A stretch of DNA of 63,584 nucleotides, filler included, from Vannella sp. (lineage: Eukaryota): NCBI GenBank assembly GCA_023345925.1. It is 5 parts of 5 records of this genome, joined end to end, with 100 filler letters (N's around TTAATTAATTAA, not from the genome) between each part and the next. Parts side by side here need not be neighbours in the genome. Positions count along the whole stretch, not along the records: positions 32,949 to 39,068 come from JAJQQN010000385.1; positions 39,169 to 55,533 come from JAJQQN010001044.1; 3 more parts are not named here. The stretch is one strand, 5' to 3'. Made by a program: the position numbers and the translations under genes. The notes beneath the pieces are model-generated. The model was not told where the DNA came from. It ran no database searches and saw only the letters and a list, made by a program, of their open reading frames with translations. The first letter of the stretch is position 1. The number at the start of each line of letters is the position of its first letter. Shown in pieces: positions 37,206-47,487 of the stretch.

Positions 37206-38487
37206 CTAGAAGGCGAATGTCTCGTCCATGATCTTGCCCATCAAGTCCTTCTTCATGACGTTGAAGACCACTTTGATGTTTTCTGTGTTAATGGCGCACG
37301 TGAAGTGGGTAGTGATCTTCGCGTTGCTGTCCCTGTCCCTCTCCATGAACCTTTTCTCGATGTACTGGAGGCAAGCTCCCTTCTTTTGGCCCTCCAGTTT
37401 GCCTGTCAAGGTGTGAGTGAGGGCGCCGAGAGATTGCCTGAATATACCATACCCTTGTACTCTGGGAAGCACACGCTCAGAGAAGACACCTTGATCTTCT
37501 GCTTGAAGAGATCCACTTTGTTGAGGAAGAGGATGAAAGGAACGGAGGCGAACCAGGGACTGTTGCGAATTTCCTCAAAGAGGAGAAGACTCTCCTTCAT
37601 ACGGTTTTGTGACTCGTCTTCGCGGAGGGTCTGGTCGTATTCGCTGAGGGAAGAACAGAAGATCACGGCTGTCACTAAGTCGAAGCAATGGATCCACTTG
37701 CGCCGTTCACTACGTTGGCCACCCACGTCTAACATTCTAAACTTGAACTCTTCCAGTTCAAACTGAGCCTCTTCAATGCCTGTTGTGCGGACGCGAGCGC
37801 GAAGGACGTCAGCCACGGTGGGGACGAACTTGGGATCCTCAAAGCGAGCTAGCTCATCGAAGAAGCTTTCCCTTCACAGTCAGACTACGGTCAAGAGAGG
37901 GAGAGAGACTCACTAGCCAGCGGAGTCGTTCATCTGAAAGTCAGTGTCGCGGCGAGCATAACATGCCTGAACTCCAGCATCGCTCCACAGTGCTTGAAGT
38001 CCTTTACAAACATCTTTGCTCCACTCATCTCCAGTGCTGGGTAGATCCATCAAGGTCTTGGCAAAAGCCTGAAAGTCCCTCCACGTTAAGTCCTCTGCTG
38101 GGGAAGTTCGCGAAGGAAAGAAGATGAATTCTAACGTACCGTATTGGCAGGGTTGGCGAACTTGACATCAAGCATCTCCATAGCCTCTACGAGCGCTTGC
38201 ATCTGAGTGATGCAGTTGCTCGCCACAACGGGGCGGTACGACTTCAGTTCGTCAGAGGAGTAGCCACCAGCACCTAAAATCTTCATCTGCTTGAAGACTG
38301 TGCTTTTACCCGACTCTCCAGGGCCTGCAACAAGTCAGAGACGAACATGCAACGGCCACCCCACGCACCAAGAAGGAGCAGCTTCTTCTCTCCCTCCAGC
38401 TTCTTCGCCCGCGCTAAGAGTTTCTGGTCGAACCTCTTGCTCTTCTTAGCGCCCTTAGACGCAGCGTCACCAGAAAAGCAAGACATC
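37206..38487 (-). CDS. Heterotrimeric G protein alpha subunit
   Basis: KLLLLG|PGESGKSTVFKQMK, DVLRARVRTTGI, DVGGQRSERRKWIHCF, LFLNKVD, THFTCAINTENI. Confidence 0.93.
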
Positions 38488-38772
38488 ACAAACTACGAGG
38501 TTTGAAAAGAATGAGAGCCAACAAACGCTTCTTCCAAAAGGCGATTGGCCAATTCGAGCGGCCAACCTTTTTCTCCGGAGTTTGGACCAATCAAATTCGA
38601 CACCTTTCACTCGCTCAAATGAAGTTCAATCTGATATGGACAAATTGATAAGTTAAATGGAGCTGCTAAGAAATGCTAGGACACGGCAAAAGGCGAATCT
38701 GAAACGGGCGCGGTTGGCCTCCCAAGGAGTTTGTATGATGAACAGAAACGGTGGATTCGGGTCGGACTTGAA

Positions 38773-39068
38773 TTAGAACAGCTGTAAGTCGTTGATGGCT
38801 CCTTTGAGAAGCTCTGTCTTGACAACGGTGAAGATCACCTTGATGTTCTCCGTGTCGAGAGCGCATGTGAAGTGAGTCGTGACAGGAGATGAGCCATCTG
38901 TGTCCATTTCCATAAACTTCTTCTTGATGAACTCCAAGCACTCGGGCTCTTTCTGCTTGGCAGCGTCCTCTACAAAGAAGGACATTGTCAGGGCGTAGTC
39001 TTGAGATAGAATGCCCACTTACTCTTCCAGTCATCGAAGCAAACACTGAGCGACACCCGCTTGATCTT
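38773..39068 (-). CDS. G protein alpha subunit, C-terminal fragment (5' lost at contig end)
   Basis: KIKRVSLSVCF...EFIKKKF...THFTCALDTENIKVIFTVVKTELL...LF*. Confidence 0.85.
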
Positions 39069-39168
39069 NNNNNNNNNNNNNNNNNNNNNNNNNNNNNNNN
39101 NNNNNNNNNNNNTTAATTAATTAANNNNNNNNNNNNNNNNNNNNNNNNNNNNNNNNNNNNNNNNNNNN
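39069..39168. other. Artificial contig linker
   Basis: N-TTAATTAATTAA-N. Confidence 0.97.
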
Positions 39169-41500
39169 CTTGAGCAACAACCAAATCAATGGAACGCTTC
39201 CTTACTGGGCCGGATTGACAGCCCTCTCTACGGTAAATCTGGGAGGAGTTACCAACCGTCTTTGTGGACCTCTGCCAGATCCTCGTCCAAAGAATTATTC
39301 CATTACCCTCTCTAATCAGGTGTTTGAGTGCTCTTCCTTTCCACCTGGTTACGTTGCTACCGGAGGAACATGCAATCCCATCACGGGTGTGTGCGGTTAC
39401 TCAGCTTCTGCAACCAAAACAACCTCTCCAAGTCGTACCGTTTCAGCAACATTCTCTGGAAGTAGTAGCAACAGCAGATCTGTCTCTCCTTCTAGAAGCG
39501 GAAGTTCCACCCTTTCAGTGACACCCTCTGGAAGCCGCAGCACGAGCAGATCGGTCTCTCCTTCTGGTAGCGGAAGTTCCACCATTTCAGCAACACGCTC
39601 CCCGAGCAGCAGTGTAACTTCCTCTCCCAGTGCAAGTTCCACTTGTTCGGCAACACCATCTTCCAGCGAAACTCGCAGCGCTTCAGGCTCAGCATCTCCC
39701 AGTATGAGCGTAACTAATTCAGGAACGCCTTCTTCAAGCGAAAGCGAATCGCACTCTCCATCTTCAAGTGCAAGTATCACTGGATCAGAAACATCTTCTT
39801 CCAGTGATACTCCCAGTCCATCAGGCTCAGAATCTCCCAGTGAAAGCGTCACTACTTCTTCAACGCCTTCTTCGAGTGGAAGCGAATCAAGCTCTCCATC
39901 TTCAAGCGCAAGTATCACAGGATCAGGAACATCTTCTTCCAGTGACACTCCCAGCACATCAGGCTCAGAATCTCCCAGTGAAAGCGTCACTACTTCTTCA
40001 ACGCCTTCTTCGAGTGGAAGCGAATCAAGCTCTACATCTGCGAGTGCGAGCATTAGCATCACTAGCTCAGCTACACCATCTTCCAGTGGCAGTTACAGCA
40101 TGTCGCGCTCAGCTTCTCTCAGTGAGAGTGTTACTCCTTCTTCAACGCCTTCTTCGAGTGGAAGCGAATCAAGCTCTTTGTCTCCGAGCCCAAGTATCTC
40201 TGACTCACACACGCCAACTTTGAGTGGAAGTGTATCAAACACTCCTTCTGAAAGCCAAAGTCAAACTAGTTCCGCGATGACCTCTCCCAGTGGCAGTGTT
40301 ACCAATTCAAATTCTCCTTCCTTCAGTACGAGTTCCACTGGCTCAGCTACATCATCTTTCAGTGAAACTTGTAGCGTATCGGGCTCTTCTCTTCTCAGTG
40401 AAAGCACAACTGCTTCTTCAGCAGCCATCTTCAGCACAAGTGGATTGGGCTCTTCATCTCCAAGCCCCAGTATCACTGGCTCTGCCACGCCTACTTTGAG
40501 GGAGAGTGAAAGTGAATCTGGTACTATTTCAGAAAGCGAGATTCAAACCAGCTCAACAACAGCCCCTCAAAGCACCAGTGAAAGTGGCTCAGATTCTCCA
40601 AGTGCAAGCCTCTTTTACTCAAGTGAGACGACGAAACCAACACCCAGTCCCTCCGTGGATCTTAGTGCGCCCACGGTATCCTCGATACTTGAGTCAAGTT
40701 CTTCTTCGATACGCCCAAGCGAATCTCTCTCTCTGAGCCCTTCAGTACCTCAAATCAATCTGGGAAGTGGATCACAATCGATCAGTCCGTCGGTTTCCAC
40801 TGCTTCTGCCACTCGTCTTATCACTCCTGCTGTTATTTACCCCTCCAATCTCACATCCAATGGATGGGTGAAGCTGTCTGACTCTCTGGGAGTGGATGTG
40901 GAGGGAGCTCTCTTTGTCCCGCCCAACTTGAGTAACCAACCCAACACCACTTTGATCACTGTTCCTGTGAGCGCCGCTATCGGAAACTCCTCCAGCCAAG
41001 CGCTGGTCAGCACTATCCTGAACATCACTCTTTTGGATGGCGAGGGCAACTCCATCACTCAACTGGACTCGCCGCTAACCATCTGCCTGGCCCTTCCCAA
41101 CAATACCAAGAAGAGTGAGAGGGTGTGCCTGAGCTATTATGACGAGCGCAAAGACAAATGGAGATGTGAAGACGAGTGTCTGACCAATGTTGCAACCAAG
41201 GGCAACAACGCACCCAACACTGGGGGCAATCAAGAGAACCTGCTGTGTGGCCAAACCGGTCACCTCACCAACTTTGCACTTCTGCTGATTGGAAACGATG
41301 GAGAAGATCCTTGCCAGTCTGGGGGGAAAAGCAATACCCTCGCGTGGATCTCTCTTGGAATGGTGGGCGGAGCTGTGCTGGTGGTGGCCCTTTCTGTGCT
41401 GGCTGTTGAAGTTCACTTCCGCTGGAGGCAATCTCAATTCAACAGAAAACTCTCAAAGGCTTACTCGCAAAGATCAGGGATCACAGCGAGTACAGACTAG
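39169..41500 (+). CDS. Single-pass surface protein: LRR remnant + Ser/Thr-rich mucin-like stalk + GAIN/GPS-like motif + TM (5' truncated)
   Basis: LSNNQINGTLP and NRLCGPLP (plant-type LRR end), ~450 aa S/T-rich, CLSYYDE..W.C...CGQTGHLTNFALL (GPS-like), TM WISLGMVGGAVLVVALSVLAV. Confidence 0.8.
39700..40200 (+). repeat. Coding tandem repeat, 138-bp (46-aa) Ser/Thr unit
   Basis: TGAAAGCGTCACTACTTCTTCAACGCCTTCTTCGAGTGGAAGCGAATCAAGCTCT at 39841 and 39979, with partial copies near 39725 and 40140. Confidence 0.85.
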
Positions 41501-41874
41501 GTCTGCCAGTTCTTTCTTTTTTCTTTGTTACTTTCTAAACTTGATAACTTGACCTTACCGTGTGGTGGGGGTGCGCACTTCTGGGATTACCCTTCAATTG
41601 CTCTCTTTTTGGGGCCTTGAGTAGCATTTCACCATGCCAATATCGACTAGAAGGTCGTGACGACGGGTTTGACTTACCCATAGTGTTCGATTCCCCACTT
41701 CGCGCCATGAGTTCATCATTCTCCTTCCAAGACTCTCACTGGTTCAAAAGTTGAAGCTCCATAGCAATTCAACACCATTTTCAGCAAGTCTGGTATCTCA
41801 CTTGCAAACCCAGTTGAGGGTTCGCCAGTGGAGACGATTCTCCTTCTAAACCAGAAGAGTTTGAGTGCACTTTC

Positions 41875-42779
41875 CTATATTACTGAAAAGTCTGAAAGCC
41901 CCGCATTTGGTGGATTGGGTTTGTCAGGACCGACATCAGTCACTTTCCTTTTCCTTTTCTTCACCTTAGGAGGTGTGGGAGTGGCGGGAAAGAGTTCCTT
42001 CCAGTCGGATATGTGGCTTCGACTTTCAAAGCGAGCTCGGCACTCATTCTGCCACACCTCTCTTCGCTGTTGCATGGCCTTTGGATCCTGTGTACGAATA
42101 GCAATGATCTCTTCGGCTACATGGAGAAGAGTGTCGTCTTTCTCGTAATCAATCGCGAGATTAGTGGCACAGTAACTGGGGATGGGAATGCACAGCTCTG
42201 GGATGTTATCGCGCATCTTTCTGGGTGTGTCGTCCACCAGGATTGTTCTCTGCTCTTCAAACTGGGGATAGTTGACCAGAAGGTCCTTCACAACCTTCTT
42301 TGTGGCCCATTTCTCCGATTCATCCTCCAAATCTATCGTGCAGAGCTCCCTGAAGGCCTGAGAACAGCTCCTGAGTGTCAAATCAAGTCGGTGAATGGAG
42401 CTTACATGAAAGGCAAGCAAAGAAACCAACGATTCACCAAGAAGGTGATGGAGGAGCGGCATTCCGTGCTCCTCTGAGGCGGAGGTCCACGTGCCAACAG
42501 CAAACCCTTCATCAATCAGTCTGTGTACAAACTCGCGAGCATGTGGTCTTGACCACGCCTTAATCCGCTTCCGGGAGTAGTCCAACGGCGCATTAGGGGG
42601 CCGTAACTTCGATTCCTTCTTTGTTATCCTTCCTCCTCCATCAGCGACCTTCCCACCTCCATCCAAACACCTCACCTGTTACAAAGCGTCCCATCCACAT
42701 CCAACAGTACGAGCCAACTCTCCCGAACAGCTTGAGTGGACATCGGCGAGATCAACCGCCGAAGGAGAAGCGTTTGCAT
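41875..42779 (-). CDS. FCP1/NIF-type HAD phosphatase
   Basis: LVLLDVDGTL (DxDGT), RPHAREF, VGTWTSA, TILVDDTPRK; spliced. Confidence 0.8.
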
Positions 42780-42949
42780 GAAATATCTCAAAAATATCTG
42801 GACCCAACCACAGGGGGAAATGCACTGTAATTTCATTTCTTCTTATTTTGGCGACTTCAACCGAGAAGGATTCATCTCATCTCGGTTGAAGCCCGTGTTA
42901 TCGACCTTGGTGGGAGTGAGAACAGTGGTCCTCTGGGGTTTCTTTCCTT

Positions 42950-43305
42950 CTAACCTTCATCATCGTCTACGATCCGGTGTAAAGTGAGAACCTTGGCGAG
43001 GACAACTTCTTGTTCCCTCTTACCTTCCGAGAGGCCGATCAGTTTTGCCAAATGGCTGCGGATCAACGCCATCTGAGCGGAAGCGCTTGGAAGACCTTGT
43101 TAGTTCGCAGAACTTGATCAAACACTTCTTACGCCATCGTCCCCATAGCAGAAGCCACCACAGGAGTCGGTGCGCTGTTCACAAACGATCTCGAGAAGAC
43201 CCCCGCAGTAGCTTCTCTCCTAAAGCCAGCGAAAGTCCGTCCTGTCCTTGCACCATTCGCGAAAAAGCTTCCGCCCGCACGGAAACCCGCTCTCGCTCCT
43301 CGCAT
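42950..43305 (-). CDS. Small putative mitochondrion-targeted protein, spliced
   Basis: Arg/Ala/Gly/Phe-rich presequence-like MRGARAGFRAGGSFF..., GT-AG introns at ~43095-43131 and ~42970-43024, ending DDEG*. Confidence 0.35.
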
Positions 43306-43387
43306 CAACAAAATGACCAAAAAACCAAAAATGCATAAATTCTGGTTAATTCTTATTTTGTTAGTAAAAGTCATTTTGTGGGGTCCC

Positions 43388-45184
43388 ATGGCAGGACATG
43401 AAGTTCCCGTTGGGCAGTTCGAACAGATGAATGTGGGAGGTCCTAAGTACGTCAAGAAGGTGGGAGTGGTTGCTGTTCCTATGGATGATGGAATTCAGGC
43501 ACTTGCGGAAGTGCCTGGGGTCGTGGAAGGAGAAAAGAAGAGAAAGCGGAAGAGAAAGCCTCGTAAGAAGAAGGAAACGGGGCTGGAAACTCTTGCGCAA
43601 GAGATAACTATGTCCTTGCTTATCGATCCTCTTCATCCCCCCACTCCAGAGCAAGACACAGAGCCGGCCGCGCTTCCAGCAGCAAAAAATGAAGCGGTTA
43701 GCGGCTCCCTTCCTCCTTTGACGAGGAAGCAGAGAAGGGAAGCATTGCAAAGGCCAGTCGCCCCAGCCAAGATTACTGTACCAGCCAGCACACCGCCCCA
43801 ACCTTGCTTGATCGATGGACGAAAACTCCCTCATCTGACCCTCTCCCGCGAAGACCTCCTTCAGCACTTCATCTTCTCTGAGAAGCAATCCAACATTGAA
43901 AGGCACATGTTGGAGAAGGACTACTGGCAATGCGTCTGCCTGTGGGCCTTGAATGAGTTGGGACTAACTGTGGAACTGAAAGGGGGAACGTCCCTCTCCA
44001 AAGGCTTTGAAGTCATACAACGAATGAGTGAAGATATAGATCTTTCTGTCAATCAGGTTCGTGGCCACGCCAAGGAGATACTCCAGACAGCTCTCCCGAA
44101 CAATGATTCCACTCCTGACCTTCGCTATGAATGGTTCCTGAAGCTTGAGAGCCTTTTGGTGAACAACATTCCGGGTGCTCGTGTTCATTTAGCGACAAAG
44201 GACGATCTCTTCTTTGATCCAGAGTACCAGAATGCTTCTTTTTGGGTGGATTATCCTTCACTCTTTGCTGACCGCTTTGAGGAGTTGGGGAAGAACAAGT
44301 TCTCTTCCCAAATCATGTTGGAAGTGAATGGCAGTCCTTATCACATAGCGGCCTTCAGTTTGATGAAATGCCGGTCCCATTTAGTCATCTCCAGGAAGAT
44401 CCAGCCGTTTGTGAGCAAATATGGGAACAAGAAGATTACTTGGCCCATGCCATTCATCCTGTGTATCCATCCTGTGGTGACGGTCATTCAGAAGATCTTT
44501 GATTGCTTAGTGCATCGCTTCTCCCGAAAGTTATCGGACATTGATGGAGAGATGACCATGGAAAACGGCCAAACCGTCGTCAGCTTTGACTCCCGAAACG
44601 TCAGACATTTTGAGGACTGCGCTGAGGCCATTCTCAGCTTTCGAAAAGGAATTTCACCTCCTTTGAAAGCCTTTGGGGCAAAGAAGCTGCCCAAGGCATG
44701 GCCCTTTGCAGACCCTGAAGAGATGATTGATTTCCCTGAACCGCTTTACCGTATATTGCTGGAACGTGTGTTACGAGCCTCCAAATCCGCAGGTCGTTTA
44801 AAGAATCACTCGAAACTCACAAAGGAGGCTTTAGTATACTTCAGCGAACAAATGCTCGAAAAGGAGCTTGCTGTTCTGCCACCTGTGCCCCTCGAGGAAG
44901 TGGTAATCCCTATCGAGACAAGCGTGAGCACTCCAGAAGAGGAGGGAGAACAAGATCAGAAAGACAACAAACGCAAGCGCAAGAAGAAAAAGAAGCCACA
45001 ACAACAGCAGAAGCAGCAAACCTCCAAATTCTTCTCGACACCCCAAGAACGTCTTCAGAAATGGGAAATGTACCAAAAATGCTACGATTCCAGGGGCGCG
45101 TACCACTGGGGCACTCGTCTTACCCTTCTTGAATGTTCGGTTATCATCGCAGAATGGCTTGAAGAGCACAAAATGTTGGGGTGA
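43388..45184 (+). CDS. AbiEii/AbiGii-family nucleotidyltransferase (type IV TA toxin fold) with basic extensions
   Basis: LEKDYW, KGGTSLSKGFEVIQRMSEDIDL, IMLEV, RHFED; single uninterrupted ORF; KKRKRKRKPRKKK and KRKRKKKKK stretches. Confidence 0.85.
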   Translation: MAGHEVPVGQFEQMNVGGPKYVKKVGVVAVPMDDGIQALAEVPGVVEGEKKRKRKRKPRKKKETGLETLAQEITMSLLIDPLHPPTPEQDTEPAALPAAKNEAVSGSLPPLTRKQRREALQRPVAPAKITVPASTPPQPCLIDGRKLPHLTLSREDLLQHFIFSEKQSNIERHMLEKDYWQCVCLWALNELGLTVELKGGTSLSKGFEVIQRMSEDIDLSVNQVRGHAKEILQTALPNNDSTPDLRYEWFLKLESLLVNNIPGARVHLATKDDLFFDPEYQNASFWVDYPSLFADRFEELGKNKFSSQIMLEVNGSPYHIAAFSLMKCRSHLVISRKIQPFVSKYGNKKITWPMPFILCIHPVVTVIQKIFDCLVHRFSRKLSDIDGEMTMENGQTVVSFDSRNVRHFEDCAEAILSFRKGISPPLKAFGAKKLPKAWPFADPEEMIDFPEPLYRILLERVLRASKSAGRLKNHSKLTKEALVYFSEQMLEKELAVLPPVPLEEVVIPIETSVSTPEEEGEQDQKDNKRKRKKKKKPQQQQKQQTSKFFSTPQERLQKWEMYQKCYDSRGAYHWGTRLTLLECSVIIAEWLEEHKMLG

Positions 45185-45517
45185 TCTTCACCTGGCCACG
45201 AGACTTTCTTAAACTCCTATTCATTCCAGGTTGGGCCTCCTGATACTGAAATGCCTCCTCTATGCTTGATAAGAGACTTGTTTCAACCCAGAACTCAGAA
45301 AGAAGATTATCTGATGACGAAGAAGACAATCTTCTTGAACCGAACGGTCAAGCGTTTGGACAGTTCTGAGTCTGTTCTCGTTGATGAGGAGAAGTCCAAA
45401 TTCAACTTGTTGAGACGGAAGGAAGTTCTTGGTGCTGCGCGGATGTTTGGTGGAATGGAGAAAGAAATGAGAATGGCCTTCTCATTCTCCATCCATTCCA
45501 AACATTCTCAGGCCTCC

Positions 45518-46108
45518 ATGTCCAACACAACGCGCTGCTTCATTGCCATTGAGTTGGGTGCACCTCTTCAAGCTATCTTGGAAAGGGAGCAAAACGAACT
45601 CCAGGGAAGAAAGCTGATTGCAGGGACGTGGGAGAAGTCCTCGAACATGCACGTGACTCTCCGCTTTCTGGGCAATCTGGACCCTGAACAGCTTCGATCT
45701 CTTCAAGAGAAGCTCACCAACGTCGAGTTTGACCCATTTGAGCTTACAGTCGGTCCACTGGGCTACTTCCCAGGCCGTGGTGCTCAGTTGATTCGAGTTC
45801 TTTGGGCCAAAGCCTCAGGAGCCGAGCTGCTGCAGGGAGAAGTGGACCGCAACCTGGGCGATGAGTTTCCTCCTGAAGAGAGGCACAAGATACAGATGCA
45901 GACTGGCCAATACTCCCACCACATCACTCTTTGCAGAGTGAAGCGGTTAGAAGAGGACTCTTCGACCTGTTTCCAAGCTCTTGACGACTCTCCCCTCAAC
46001 GGCACTCCTGCTTCCATCCTCGTCAACTCCTTTGTACTCATGGAGTCGACTCTTTCCCGTCACGGCGCCACATACACCCCTCTCGTCCGCTTTCTTTGCA
46101 AAAAGTGA
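45518..46108 (+). CDS. 2H phosphoesterase, RNA 2',3'-cyclic phosphodiesterase (ThpR/LigT-like)
   Basis: [41 protein letters not shown]. Confidence 0.9.
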   Translation: MSNTTRCFIAIELGAPLQAILEREQNELQGRKLIAGTWEKSSNMHVTLRFLGNLDPEQLRSLQEKLTNVEFDPFELTVGPLGYFPGRGAQLIRVLWAKASGAELLQGEVDRNLGDEFPPEERHKIQMQTGQYSHHITLCRVKRLEEDSSTCFQALDDSPLNGTPASILVNSFVLMESTLSRHGATYTPLVRFLCKK

Positions 46109-46202
46109 TAAACTCTTCAGTTGTCTCCACCAATCAGAATCGCCGAATCCCTTTTCTGGGTGTTCTGATTGGCTCATCACAATTTGGCTCAATCATTTTG
46201 TG

Positions 46203-47468
46203 ATGAACCCTTACGGTCAGCCTCAAGGATACGGACAGCCTCCTGCTGGTGCTCCTCAGCCTGGATACGGACAGCCTCCTGCTGGTGCTTATGGCGCTCC
46301 TGCTCCTGGCGGCTATGGACAACCTGCTGCTGGCGGGTATGGCGCTCCAGCTCCTGCTGGCTATGGGCAACCTGCTGCTGGTGCTTACGGAGCCCCTGGA
46401 GGGAGCTCTCCTGCCACCGGAGGCTTTCCTCCTCAAGGAGGCTATCCAGCTCAGCCAGCCCCAACAAGCTACGGACAACCTGCTGGTTCCTTTGGTGCAC
46501 CAGCCACAGGTTCTGGTGGGTACGGATCACCACAAGGTGGCGCTCCCGGAGGCTATCCACCTCAAGGTGCCCCAGCAGGCTACGGTCAAGCTGCTCCAGC
46601 TCCTGGTGGGTATGGACAACCTTCTGGTGCTCCTGGTTATCCTCCTCAAGCTGGCGCCCCTGCTCAAGGAGGCTATCCTGCTCAAGGAGGCAATCCAGCT
46701 CAGGGAGGCTATCCTGCTCAAGGAGGCTATCCAGCCCAAGGAGGCTATCCAGCTCCTGCTGCCCACAACGGTATGTCTCTTCTGATCCTGCACCAGACCT
46801 CTGACCTCTGCTGAAGCCAACTACAACGCCCAAACGTACCAACCAACGCAAGCAGAACTCGCCGGACCTGTACGTAGACCCTCCCAACGCGCGCTCCTTC
46901 TCACTAGCAGTAGGGAGGTCAATACTACCAGATGCTCCAACCCCACGAGATAGCGGAGATGAAAGGCTGGTTCGCCGCCATCGACAAAGACCGCAGCGGC
47001 TCCGTCACTGCCACAGAGCTGTCCAGCACGGCCTTTGGAGGCAAACGCTTCTCCTTGGTGACATCTCGCATGCTGGTGGGCATGTTCGACAGCGACCAGA
47101 GCGGGAACATCGGGTTCTTCGAGTACTGCGCCCTTCACAAGTTCATCGCGCAGATGCAAGCCGCCTTCTACGCCTTTGACAATGACAGAAGTGGAAAGCT
47201 TGATGTCCGTGAGGTGCATCAAGCCCTGGCGCAAGCTGGCTTCCAGTTCTCTCAGAACACGGTCCAATTGATCTTCCAACGCTTCAACAAGAAGGCCTTT
47301 GGCCAGGCAACGCAAGGCTTGGACTTGGAAACGTACATTCAAATGTGCTCTTATCTTGGTCAAGTGCGTAGCACCTTCTTCGTGCAAGACACAGACAGAG
47401 ACGGTTGGATTCGCATCAACCTCGAGAGTCTCGTCCAGATGAGCGTGACAATGCCTTCCGTTCAATAG
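46203..47468 (+). CDS. Penta-EF-hand protein (peflin/ALG-2/sorcin-like) with Gly/Pro/Tyr/Gln-rich N-terminus
   Basis: YGQP and QGGYPA repeats; [48 protein letters not shown]. Confidence 0.9.
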
Positions 47469-47487
47469 TTCCATTCAGCTTCATGAT

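Noticed and set aside
46134..46887. Multiple overlapping ORFs in several frames
   Set aside because: Artefact of the G/P/A/Y/Q coding repeat of the penta-EF-hand gene.
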